Assembly (NCBI GenBank): GCA_044892525.1
Contig: CM097885.1
Location: forward strand, 48,176,001-48,240,000
DNA from: Schmidtea polychroa
Lineage: Eukaryota
Length of the DNA: 64,000 nt
Direction: 5' to 3'
Each line of letters starts with the position of its first letter. Within the stretch, counting starts at the first letter, position 1. Below are positions 50,747 to 64,000 of this stretch, piece by piece. A program made the position numbers and the translations under genes. The notes under the pieces were generated by a model. The model did no database searches, was not told the DNA's origin, and saw only the letters and a list, made by a program, of their open reading frames with translations.

Positions 50747-53700
50747 TAAAAACTATAGTATAAAATTACATGCGTGTAAACAAATTTTAAAAAATTAGCA
50801 TGGTTATATGAATGTAGATTTGTTACTGTGTTTGGTCGAACTTCGCTATGGTATGCTTGGCCTTGCGCGATAAAGAGTGTTTAAGAAAACTTTAATTATA
50901 TTTAACTTCAGGAAGCCCAAGAGGAAGAGTCAATCAAAGAGTGTCGAAACTCAATGAAAGAAATGAGAAGAAAAATGAAACCAATGGAGAGGAAAATTGA
51001 CGACTTGGAACTAGAAGATATGATTTGTAAAAGAAAGCTGGAAAGGATGGAAATTCTCTTGTTCCAATTCGAAGCTGAAATCGTATTGTTGAAAATGCAG
51101 ATGCAGGGACAGGAATGACCTACTAATAAGGAGGGAGAGATGAACGCGGTACATTAAAATAATTTAATAATTGCTATTAATAAATATTTACAATGAGAAC
51201 CTCACTTTCGTCCTCGAAGTACCAAAAATAATGAGAAAGACTAAACGAAAAAAAAAATAATTAATAAAATTAAAATTTAATAATAACAGTAAAAAAAATG
51301 ATAGCAAATAAATAAAATAAAAATTTGTAACCTAAGACTTAAAATTGAATAAACAAAATGAGTTCATTAAAATTTGATAAAATGTGCATTTAAAATTGGA
51401 TAAAACCGACACAAAATCTGATGCTTTACTCATCATCGACCGTCGATATCCGGACATACAATCATAAAAGCTGAGATTGGATATGGGCGGGGATTTCTTT
51501 CATCATACCTGTTTCAAAATTTTACATTTCCTATAATCTTTAAAAATCTAATAAATTAATACTTCAAGCATTCCACCAACTTAACTGTGTGAAAAAAAAA
51601 ATATTTTTTTTGTTTCAGAAACATATACTAACACAATTCCTATAATAAAAAAAAATCAAGCACACTTGCGATGAAATTTATCGTTTCAAAATATAACAGA
51701 TTTTTCATATACATAAATTATCAAAATTTTTTTACAAAACTTCCAAACTTTGTATTTCAACTAAGATTTTTATTTTTTTAAAAAAATTTTTTCTTTTAAA
51801 AATATTGTATGTGAGAAAAAAAAATATACAAAAATATCACCGTAACGCATTAGATAAAAACCTGAATCACAATAAATTAAATCTTTAATAGTATAAATTA
51901 AATTAAATTATAATAAAAGTGTGTGTGGCATTGACAAAAATTGACATTAAATTAGAGCCATGTCGTTAAATAACGGTTTATAATGTAGGTGGATAGAAAT
52001 TATTACTGAGAGAATAGAAAGAAAGAATAACCGCACACAAACACGATTCACAAAATAGCTATAACAAAAAATACTCACAATAGGACATTGAATAAGATCA
52101 AAACTCCACACAATCAAAACTATTAAAATGTTATGTGCAAAATTCTGTTAAGTTATAATAAAGTGTTCACCAAAAAGCGAAAAAGTTATTCGGCAAAATC
52201 GAAGGAAATTAAATTGTATTTAAAAAAAAATAATCTGAATTAGATAATGAAACAATAAATACCTTTTTTTTACTTTTATTTCGAAGAAATGCTAATAAAA
52301 TTTAAAAAAAAAAAAAAAAAAAAAATCTTTTATAAATATTCAATAAATTAAAAACCTGAAATTACATACAAAGTATTATAGATGAAACGAAAAGATAAAT
52401 TAATTATATAAAATAAATTAAATTCTTATTCATTGTCATATCAAATGCGATTTGGTCCAAACGATATTGGGTTCACAGCAACGTGGAGGGCAAGCGACTG
52501 ACGATTTGCTTATTATTATTATTTCAATTTACTAAATTGAAAATAATCAACAATATATTAAAAATATAAAATTAACCTCTAATATACTTTGACTCTGATC
52601 TGAATGTTCTACACTTGCTGAATAACTTTTGTGTAAACCTCCATTTTTGGATGTAACTGAAACAAAATAAATTATAAATTAAATAAATTCGTAATAATTA
52701 AATAATACAATAATTAGCAACACTTCTCAGGCTGTTTTATGTCGGAAACGTTAATAGTTGGCATACTCCTACTGGAAAACTTATTAAAAACGTAATTTGT
52801 TTAATAACTCCTTAATTGAAAACATTTTTAGAAACTTCTTCAGTACTTACATGAATTTTCTTATATTTATTACATTTAAAATGTAAAATACTTTATTTAA
52901 ATTATTTTTTAAGAAAAATAATAATAATAATAATAATTAATAAAATAAAAATAATAAAATTAATATAAAAAAATAAAAATAATAAATAAAATAAGATAAT
53001 GATATAAGTGATAAAAACGAAAAATCATGAATATGCGAAGGCAAATAAAAATCCATCAAATAAGCACACAGCGGCGATTAGCGATATCAGTATATGAGCA
53101 TGCCTGAGAAGTAGCATCATCAACACACAGCCTTAACAGTAAGGAATTCTGAAAATAATAAATAAAATAAGATAATGATATAAGTGATAAAAACGAAAAA
53201 TCAATCAAAAATCAAAATCATAAATAATGTAAAAATAAATAAACAAAAAATAATGAAAATAATATTAATATTAATTATTATAATTATAAGTAGACTGAAT
53301 ACGAGAAAGGTCTTACCGATTCGTAGACACTGTTAAGTAAGCAAGCTGCTGCTCCCATTGCTGGTTCATAGTTTTTTAACACATCCCACAAAAACCCAAT
53401 AAGCAGATTTAAATCGTTCTCCTTTAGTATTTGAAATAGTTCCTTTAGCAATCCAACATATGTGTCAATTAAAGTTTCCTGAAAATCTCCAGCAGATAGA
53501 AATGCCATTTTGAAAATATTGTGTAGTTGCTCAAACGGTAATATCTCACTGGAGAACTCAGGTATCTGACTGTAGAAATATAGCACCGTTTCAATGTCCT
53601 GAATTATTACGGATTTTTATATCTTGAGAATTTAAGTTAGATACAAGGCCTATTTATACCTAAATTAAGATTAATAAATTAACAAACAAATAATTACCAT

Positions 53701-54456
53701 TTCAAGAGGCAATCGATTATAATTGCCAACATGGGAGGCAGAACATTATTATTCCCGGAATCGACATTGATAGCAAGAATCGACATTGAGAGCAAATATA
53801 ATTTAGGCATGATTGATCTGGTAAACATTGAGGGATAAAATTATCTTGCCGTCTCCAAACTGCAATTTAATATTAAATTTAAAATTGTATTGTTTATTTA
53901 CAAGGAAATAAATCAAACTTGTTGACATTATTATATTTATAAACACAGCGTGTAAAATCGCCAACTAAATTATAGTATGAAATCAATTTGAAACTAATTG
54001 TCTTTAGTTGCGGAATCAACGATCTTCCATAACATGTATGTTGAGTCATGAGTACTTACTACGTGAAATTGGATGAAATTTAATTTACTATTGAACGTAA
54101 ATAAATTAAATATAAATAAAGTAAATAATTAACTTTGAAAATGAAATGCTATGAAACACTTAAAAACTATTTAAATGAGAAAATTCACGAATAAAGTAAA
54201 ATCAGATTTTTAATAAAATGCTATGAAACACTTGATTGAAAATTTCAAAAAACTATTTAAATGAGAAAATTCACGAATAAATTAAAATCAGATTTTTAAA
54301 CATAAGAGAAAAAAAAATGTTGAATTTTAATAAAATGAACAAGACTCGAATGGGACTGAATTGTCGGTATGTCAATAGGTCACCTAATTTTCAGAAAATA
54401 TAATAATATATTTTAAATTGAATAAGCATCACATATTTCGAGGACGAAATTTTTTT

Positions 54457-54467
54457 AAGGGGGGAGA
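54457..54467 (+). promoter_or_regulatory. Polypurine tract
   Basis: AAGGGGGGAGA just upstream of the 3' LTR. Confidence 0.85.
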
Positions 54468-54469
54468 TA

Positions 54470-55453
54470 TGTTGACGTTTGAAAATAAATTATTAAATTA
54501 TATAGTTCAGATTAAAAGGAAAGCCGAAATTGAATGGCGGTCAAGCAGAGAAGCAATGGCAAAGAAAGATATGATAAAAACAGAACTATAAAAGGGTACA
54601 ATCAGACATGAAATGGGAAAATGCGCAAACCGGAGGAAGTGGAATAAAGTGAAAAGTTATCGAAATTGAAGCTGGAAAACGGGAGAGGGGTAGATTAAGG
54701 GATGGTGAAGAAGACAGTGAGCAAGAAATTGTTAGAAAATGTGTAGAAAGGGTCGTAAAACAGACAAATGTGGAAAAACGTAAAATATTAATTAATTAAT
54801 TAATTGGCTAATGGGAAACCCGAGCTAATGGGAAGCCCGAGCCAATGGAGAACCCGAGCGATGAAGAAAACCCGAGCACGGCAATTTGGAAGGGTAAACA
54901 AACGAGGAATTCAGAGGGCAATTATCCAAACAATCGGATAAACGAGGGTAAACAAAAGACAGGGAATTACGAAGAGGGTCAACAAAAATAGTCAATTAGG
55001 GAATGATAGCTGAAGAAGTCAAAACCAATTAGGTCAAAAATGGGGCAATTACAACGATTATGGGAGTATATAAGGAAACTCAAAATTCACATAATCGGCG
55101 ATAGCCTTAGGTAGGGATACGAAGAAACAGACGATAGGAGTTCAAGGAATAAAAATAAAAAGGAAAAAGGAATTATAAGAGGAATTTAGGAGTCAGAAAG
55201 GAAGGAGTTCGGATCAGAGAGCGGAATCAAACAAAAGGTGAAACCTATTTTTTTTAATCGTACAAGGCCGAGACCTTCCAGAGCGGAGTTCGATCTGAAA
55301 TTGTGTAAGAATTGTGATTAACCAACAGTGTGATTAATTGTTGAGTTGTGAATTGTTATAAAACAAATATACGTTGGGAGTTTTGTTTATTGATTTTGGA
55401 ACACGTGGAGTCAGAGTAACCAACGGTTGATTTTAATATCATAAAACCCAACA
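54470..55453 (+). repeat. 3' LTR
   Basis: Direct repeat of 45650-46633. Confidence 0.97.
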
Positions 55454-55559
55454 CAATATTTAAAACTTTTTAAAAATTAAAAATTCGTGTATAAATACAT
55501 ACCTATACTTATCCGTTTTTACTACAATTACTAAGATGGATCTAACTTTAAATAATCGA

Positions 55560-56410
55560 TATAATTCTTCCTTCTTAAAAACTTTGCCATTTTGTCAGCC
55601 ATTCTTTTCTTCTTTCTTTTATCTCATCTTGAGATTGAAGTTCAACTCAATGCGATGAAAGGAATTTGATAATTTTGTAATTTTTAATGTTTGGAAACTT
55701 TCATTACTACCAATAAACCAAGTTATACCTTTATCACATCCCGACATTACTACACACTGTGGTTCCGCAATTCTCACATAGTCCTTTATGAATCTCCTGC
55801 AATGATTGGTAAGTCCAAGAAATCATCTTAACTGTTTGGAGCATTTTAATACTTTTTCTTTTCAATTTCTTTCACTATTTTTTCTGTTTGTGTGAATATC
55901 ATTTCCGCTAACTGTGTGGCAAGAAAGCATAGTACTGTTTGATTGAATCCACATTTTCTGGGTTAATTTTCAATTCCGCCCTGTGAATTCTTCAAAATAT
56001 TTCTTTACATAGTTTTTCGTGTTCATTTTATATCATAATGTCATCTAGATAAGTAACTACTCTTCTGAAACACCTACCTTTAAGCAATATGTGCATCAGC
56101 CTCTAGAAAGTAGCAGAAGCTGTTGCCAAACCAAATGACAGTCTGTTAAAACAAAAATTATCCTTCTTTTGTAACGAATACTGTTATTTCTTGGATTTTC
56201 AATGACAGTTCTACTTGATATTACTTGGTAATACTGGAAAATATTTTTGCGTCTAAGTGACAAAATTTGTATTTTGCATAGTGTACTTGCAAACGGAGAT
56301 GTTGCATCATTGGCCCTCGCGATGTCCGCATCTTATGTTGAATTAAATGTGTGAAGTCCAGATCAAACTTCGATGCCATAACAATATCGCTATATTCTTT
56401 GATCAATTTC
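55560..56410 (-). pseudogene. Degraded Gypsy reverse transcriptase fragment (outside the young LTR element)
   Basis: Minus strand FNRLSFGLATASATF*RLM and VTYLDD (~56040-56060); multiple stops and frameshifts. Confidence 0.75.
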
Positions 56411-59400
56411 TCAATGGTTTTGTTCTTTTGTTTTGTTTGTGTTATCAGTGCTTTGTTTGTTCGTTCTTCGTTAGTGTGAATCTTATTTATTAACTAGCTA
56501 ATTAACCAGGCTTCGCTCGGGATTCGAAAACGTATATATAATTTAGTAAATTTATTTTTGAATTTGTATTGATTTTTATTCAGATTTCTGTTGAAATTCG
56601 TTTAAGCTTATACCATTGAAGGTTTTCGATTTATTCTGAAATTTAATAAAATCCATAAAGGAAAATATGTTGTTAAACAGTATGAACGAATTTCGAATGT
56701 TGTAAATCTTCAGTCTCGTTCGATTCTCACCCATGATATCGTCGGATATTTAAAGTCGGCATATGATCTTGGCAAACATTTCATCAAAGATTTGGTTGTT
56801 TTTGAGACATAACTTTTATTATCCAATTTAAACGATACATAAAGAGTGTGTAGAAATAAGCCTTTTAAATGGAAAATTTCCTTATCACTTACTCTAAAAA
56901 ACTGAAATAAATTATTCCATGTACAGAAAGTCCAATATCATTTTAAAAGAAAATTCTAAAATTTGCATATATATGACATAATTACAGCACAATTGTGATA
57001 TAATATCCCAACATCATGTATTTATTGCGCAAATATGATATAATATTAATGTAATTGTGATTTGTAATTTAAGGACGGAATGGCCAAAAATGTTATATTC
57101 TTACTGAAACTCGTTTTAAAACCCCTTAAAGTTAGACTTTAATTGGAAAAATGTCACTAGGTTATTAAAATCATTATTTCAATTAAATTGACATAAATAA
57201 TTAAAAGTATTTATAACTAACATTTGCAATAAATTACAGATCGTGTTTTTGAAATATTATTTGAATTTTATTTAAAAACATTAAAATTCCATTTGAATTT
57301 GGTATAAATAAAAATTCCTAAAACCAATATAATTTAATGAAACTGCTTCTAACAGACATTATCAAATATTTCAATGAAACGCAATAAATAATTAGTTTGG
57401 ATTGATATATATATATATATATATATAAATCTAATTTAAGATAATAATTTTCTATTTCATATACAACTTTGCTGATCTCTTCTTTTCTATAATATATTTT
57501 TAGCTACCCAAAAACCAGGCCGCGTCAAAGCAGGTTGGCGCCTGGGTGCCATGTAAAAGTTGCCGCTTCTAATAGGCTAAATTTATTTTAGTTTAAATTT
57601 AATAATTCACGTGTAATAATATTAATCATCGTTTTATAGTTGTAAGAGCAACGCTTGCAAAGTAATATCTTAAAATAACCAATGTTACATTGTATAGTGG
57701 TGGGCTCTATTGATGAAAATTCCATTGTTGCTCTATGGTGAAAAGTTAAATTTGTATTCGTAATAATAATAATATATTTTTTAAAATAAAAACACAATCC
57801 CTTGATGCGCTAAAACAAATCTTATAAAAAAGATTAAATAAAAAGAGCAAAAATAGTCAGTAATTATACAACAAGGTATGTGACTCAATTTAGAATCATA
57901 GACAATGTTCAACAACGCTAACGAATTTATTAATATGATTTCAGTATGATTTTTTTTAATTCATGAAAATTTTATTTCACATAAGACTTATCGTCAACTA
58001 AGTATTACGAAAAATATTCAGGAATAGATTTGTCTACGGACCTATGATCATGCAGTATTAAAATCCCAGGCCCCAATACATTTGTAAGCATTTAATACAT
58101 TTTTAATATATATTAGAATTTCTCTGTGACAATATGTCCTTACAGGATTGAAAAGGTTAAATATGAATTGATTAAAATTTTCCAATCGTTGTTTTCCAAA
58201 ATGAAATATATCTTTTGAAAAATAATAGACTATTCTTTAGAAACTAAATTTGTTGATGGTTCAGCGTTTCTGGGGTTAGAATCATCATGATTCCGTTTTC
58301 ATGAGTGAGAAAATTCAGACTCCGTTTGGTTCAATTATCTTCTGTGCCCATTTCATTTTAAATAAATCTTGAAAACATCATATAAGATTTTTATAGATTT
58401 CGAAAAGACTGTTTAACGATTTACCACACATTGAATGACTAATACATTGACATCTAACAAAATAAATTCGTTATTTACTATGAATGGTTGAAAAATAAAA
58501 TTTAAAACTTTTAGTAATTACCAAAATCTGCCATTTTTTAATTATCGGGGATAAATATTAATCAGTATGAGTATTATTTAGTTATCTGTATGGGAAATTT
58601 TTGTGGCCTTCATCCGAGTCCCCAATAAAAATATGTAATTTGCACTATTTGATTAGTGTGATTGTGTTTAGCATTAAATGAAATAAATACAATAATTAAC
58701 TTTCATAATAATTTACTTAATCAAGATAAAATTAATTAATAAAATGATAGTTTCTTGGTAGCAGCATACATTTAATGTTAAAAAGGTAATGACTGGATAA
58801 ATAAATAGATAAACATTTACTGAATAAACTAATTTAATAAATATTATGCAGAAATAACCTATTCTGTTAATTGTTTAAAAGTTTTACTTGCATGAATCAT
58901 AATTTGACTATAAATAATTTTTAAATATTTTAAATATTTTATTTACTATATATTTTTTATTATAATCAAAAGAAATTTCGTTTTCACTATAGATTGAAAA
59001 TTGTTATTTTTAATATTCAGTTGCATTTTACTCTCTATATTAACTTCGAAGATGTTTGTATGTGCCATACAAATTTTGTGAGGCCAAATTAACCTACTTT
59101 CCGTGATTGAATTGAGCTGAAATTTGCCAAGTTGATTCGTTGTCGAGAATAATGCATGCTATCAAAATTTCAAATAGATACGATCACGGAAAGTGGGTTA
59201 ATTAAAAAAAATATTGATATATCAAATCCAGTGTTATTTCCTTATTTCAATATACATTCTTATCTATTCACTAACTTCGGATTAAAGAAATAACGTAATT
59301 ATATCTAAAATATGTTATATAAATATTTTATACTATAAATATGTTATATAAGTTTGAACCATTAATTGATATGATTATCATTATCACATTATCATGATCA

Positions 59401-60899
59401 CGTAATTTAGGGTTTCGTTTGGTCACGCAAAAAAGTGATTTTACGTAATAATAAATATTTCATAGCATTGAAAACGCATATTGAAATTTTAGTTTTGAGT
59501 GAAATTAAGAGAGGAAGATATAGTGTTTCAAAAACCAATTTTTTATGGTTGATTTTTATCTCTAATAATTGTTCATTAAAATAAATCTAAATACATTAAA
59601 TGAAGGTTATTCAGGTATTTCTATGAAAATTTTTGTAATATATTTTAAAAAGTGCTAAAAGTCATAAAATGCTCTTAATGATTGTTTATTATTATTGTAA
59701 ACTAATAAGAATTATTCATTCTCTTATAGTCAATTTAATTTTATTTCGCAAAAATTAATTAGTCCTAGAAAAATCTGTGAATAGTTCATATGCATCCTGA
59801 TTTAGGATCATAACATGTGTCTTCGATCCCATGCAATAGATACACACGAGATGGTTGTTTAGTTTGATACATGAAAAAGTTAATGGGTAATGTAAAATTC
59901 AGTAAAATGTAGGAAAAAATGACACAAAGCATCTTTTGGGGCTAATATTAAATCTTATTGAATTCTGTAAATATTCAACCATATTTTAAAGGAAATTTCT
60001 ATTGTCTAATGCAGAGGTTTGCAAACTACGGTCGGTAACTTCTTTTTAATTCGATCAGAAGGTAATTATTGCCTTTTACATCATAAAAAATTACATGCTG
60101 TTACTCAACAACCGGTATTCAAAAGGAAATTAAAAAATTAATTTTTTGGAGAGAATCTTATCTAATCTTATCAACTTCTCATAAACTGCTGAATATTAAT
60201 TATATTATAATACGAAAAATAGGTAAACTGATCTTATGCTAACTTTTTCAATAAAAACTGAAAATTTAGAACTGAAAAATTCCGAACTTCTTTACTTCTT
60301 CATATTTGAGTTTCAAAATTTTAGATAAATATGTAAAACAAACCGCGATAAAGGATAACTTCTTTTTTAATTTTAATAAAAACAAGAACTATTCTTCCGA
60401 AGTTTTTTAAGAGAAATACAAATGTTTCAAAATATCTTCTGAACTAAAATAATTGAAGTACAAGTCTCCATAAGTTTTTTTGTATGTCTACGTTTGGTCA
60501 CAGTCTTTTGAAAACAAACATGTTATAAATATATCGAAGTTTTAATGGTTTTTGTAATAGAAAACATTAAAAATTAAAGATTATAATAATATGAAAAATA
60601 ATTAAAGTTGAGCAATTCACAATTAAATCTTTTTGATTCTTTTTTGTGTTCATTAGTCATTTTTAATATTTATTTTTATGTAAACTATTTCAAAATTTCA
60701 AATTTGTATTGTTTGTAATTCAGTATCTAAGCCTGGGTAGTCGAGTTGAGAAGTTGTAAATAATGACCGTCTAAGTCTCTACTTGAGTCGTATATTTTTA
60801 TTCTCTCATTTTTTGTTGATATGTCGAAACAATTAATGCGAACAAATTTTGCCATATTTTAATCTTTTCATTTTATTTTATTTATTACTTACCGAACCA

Positions 60900-61760
60900 A
60901 TGTTTCATTTAAGACTAAATAATAAAAAGAAAGTGAATTTTGAATATCGTACTTATAAAGTTGAATGGAGTGTGAGTTATTTTGTCATAGAATTAAATGA
61001 CAACGTATTATTATGTAATGACATAAAAGCGTTGCAAAAAGAATACAATATACGTCGTTATTACCTAACTAAGCAAGCGGAACAATATACCAAACTCACA
61101 GAAAATCAACGATCGCTTAAACTGGAAAGTTTAAAATGAAATACTTTATCCCAACCAATCTTTTCGTAAAAATAGAAAAAATTGATAATGAAGCAGTCAG
61201 GCTCAGTAATGAAAAAGTTTTATCAAGATTTTTTTGAAATAATAGGACTGTTTACAAATTAGAAAAACTGTCTACAACCACTATTATCAGACCATGAATG
61301 GTTATGGAAATTAGCATTTGCTACAGACATCTGAGGATATCTTAACGAATTTAATTTAAAATCGCGGAGAAACTGTGCCATATGTGAAACACATTCTATC
61401 AGAAATTCGTATAGTCAAAAATTTACACATATCACATTAAACAAGATTGACCATTTTCCATGGTGTAAAAAATTTCAAATATTAGCGAAATCCGCATTCC
61501 CAAAACATTTTACGACGGATATATTTTCTGAACTTAAATTACAGTTACAAAAGCGTTTTTCGAATTTTGATGTAAGTGCAAATTACATTTTCATCTTTCA
61601 AAATCCATTTGACTGTACAATTGAGGTACTTCCGTCATATATTCAACGGAAGTGATTGATCTTCAAAATGATAATATGTTAAAAATAAAATTTAAAGAAA
61701 TGGATTTAACTCAATTCTATAAATATCTTTCAGAAAATAAATACGGTCAATTAAAATTTG
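60900..61760 (+). pseudogene. hAT transposase remnant (SPIN/GTF2IRD2-like), internally deleted
   Basis: KKKVNFEYRTYKVEW..YF...KEYNIRRYYLTK, EWLWKLAFATDI, FQNPF, EVIDLQND..LK; possible TIR CAGAGGTTTGCAAACTACGG at 60012. Confidence 0.8.
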
Positions 61761-62606
61761 ACTTTGAAATTAGATGTTGACACTAGAAAAGACTGAAATT
61801 ATTTCCTTAGCAAATTTTATTCAACAAAAAAGGCGATTCCGAGAATTGGGACGCTGGCTTTTAATGGGTTTTTTTAATATTCTAACTGAAAATATTTGTT
61901 TGTAATTCACTTTAGAAAAAGTAAAGAAAAAGAATACTGTCTTTTTATTGATACATCTGAACGAAACAACTTTGAACTAAACAATATAAAATATTTTTAA
62001 ATATAAAACCTTGCATTCGTATGCACTCTTTTAAATACAAATTAAAAAATTTTTAATTCAAAATTTTCTACATTTAAATTTTATTTCTGCACTCCTTTAC
62101 ATAAGTCCGACAAGTTCAATGACTATTTTCAATTTCTTTAAACTAAATAATTTTCAAACTTTTATTTAAATTTATTTCTGCAATATTTGATATTTTTGAA
62201 CTTTTTGAAAATAAACATTATGAATTTATTTTATAATTCAATGCAACTAATCATCCTGTATTCCTGTTGAACATGCAGGAAACTGATTGGGAAACAAAAC
62301 AGCGATCCAACAAAATAACTATACAATTTATTTCTGTATTGTTTTGCTAAATTGAAATAGGGAATTAGATGATATCTATTAAATATAAACATGGCAATGC
62401 GATTTCTAATTATCAAAATTGAACCCGGAAAATTCTGAAACAAAGTAGTCAATTTTATTATATGAGAACGGACATGAAATTAATATTCAAATCGTTCACA
62501 TAACACCGAATATTTACAATTATTGGAATAAACATTATAAAATAAGTATTCATTGTCTTTTCCCAAACTTAAAAATGTTATTATCATTATTATTACTAAT
62601 ATTATA

Positions 62607-62693
<87 letters not shown>

Positions 62694-64000
62694 ACTTAAT
62701 ATTTTTAAATTTTATTCACTTATCTCGGAATATAGTTTAAAAAATGTAACTAAAATTCATAGTGAGTAAATTAAAAATTCTATAAAATCAATAATATTTT
62801 TTGTTTTGTCATAAATTTAAATGACAACCGATTGGCAAAAATGTCAAATTTCTATTCGTTATAAATGTTGATATTACAAAGGTTTGCCAAATAATAAAAA
62901 TCGAAAAATACAGTTGAATATAATTATCTGATTGGTGCGATAATATATCAAATCGTAATTGTTTGCTTTTGTTAATTATTTACTATTCATTATTTACTCA
63001 TCATTTTGAATGTTTTTTTATATTCATTGTGCAAATATCTGTTGGTGCAGATTATGCGCTGCACAAAAACTGCACTTCTGGCACATTTTTATTATCGATG
63101 AGTTTTTTTTATTTAAAATTTTTTCCAAATTACCACAAACTAATTTCCTATTTGATGGAAATTTTGTAAAATTTTTAAACTGGAAATTTATTTTCATATT
63201 TTTTTTATAAATGTTTTAAAAGTAAAAATGCATACTAGATAAAGATTTTTTATTATTAACTAACAATTAATTAATACAATTTTTATAAGTACCAATCCAA
63301 TTTTCGACTGAGCCTTTTTCAACACGTTATTTTTTAAGCGCGGGATATTCAAAACAAAATGGAAATTTTTTTTCAGCAAGAAAAAATAATTAAAATAAAA
63401 TTTTAAAAAAATAATTGAATTTCAAAAGAGTTAAGTTAATTTATAAAATATTAAATTTGAAATTATAAAAATGTTTAGCTCTATTTATAGGATTTTCTTT
63501 GACATTCTATTAAACTCACATTATTGTTTGAAGGTTCTTTGATAATGAAAAAAATGTATACCGTAAATATTTATAATGAAAGCACAAGTCTTGGTATTTT
63601 TAAATGAAAATTTCCTGGGCTCATACAGAATCAAACTCATCGAATATTAAAAATGTACGGTTTAATTTGGTCATGTGAGGTAATAGTCAAAACCCTTAAT
63701 TATCTTTGCAAGAAACTGCCTGTGTGACACCTTTTTCTTAGTACTCATTCAATGTTTATTACTGTAAAAATTTTTAGAATCTTCAACAATAATTAAAAGG
63801 AAAACTTCATGTTAGTCGACTTTCAGAAGTCATAAAAATAAGAATATTGAAATATTTATTATTTGAAAATTTTTGTACTTTGATTTAATTTGTAAAACTT
63901 GAAAAATCTTATAAAAATAATTATTCAAATTACTAAATTCCCAGTTTTGTTAATTATCAAATTTCAAATAGTCATTTTAACGAATCTCCTATAATTGCTT

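Larger units (their letters stand above)
45650..55453 (+). mobile_element. Young non-autonomous Gypsy-like LTR retrotransposon (9.8 kb, gag fusion, no pol)
   Basis: 984-bp LTRs with 3 differences seen, TGTTG...CAACA ends, 4-bp TSD CAAT (45646-45649, 55454-55457), PBS and PPT. Confidence 0.95.

Noticed and set aside
55560..56410. RT fragment as the missing pol of the young LTR element
   Set aside because: Lies outside the 3' LTR and TSD, on the opposite strand, and is far more decayed.

Overview
Very AT-rich eukaryotic DNA, almost entirely mobile elements; no host gene can be firmly supported. The (ATT)n/(TA)n microsatellites and the LTR cargo suggest a planarian-like invertebrate (inference). 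(1) A Polinton/Maverick (adintovirus-type) element spans ~5018-34186 with ~0.9 kb TIRs. It encodes pPolB, a membrane protein, a fibre-like protein, penton, adenain-type protease, two core-like proteins, packaging ATPase, a PLA2-integrase fusion and major capsid protein; several genes carry single inactivating lesions. (2) Its pPolB gene is split in frame by a separate 14,480-bp element (6305-20784) with its own AGTAGT...ACTACT termini and a 6-bp TSD (AAAATA). This insert is essentially non-coding, mostly a ~10 kb palindrome, and about the size of the helper genome. It carries TCAAGGTCA and bZIP-site arrays, a 10-copy dispersed motif and a hammerhead-like structured RNA: a candidate Polinton satellite or defective-interfering genome. 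(3) The Polinton carries tRNA-sized Pol III units, one apparently tRNA-Cys-derived (possible VA-RNA analogues). (4) A young 9.8-kb pol-less Gypsy-like LTR element (45650-55453) has Gag fused to two ubiquitin-like domains and a Bcl-2-like domain. The rest is Tigger, mariner, hAT and Gypsy remnants and MITEs. All alignments and folds were done by eye.
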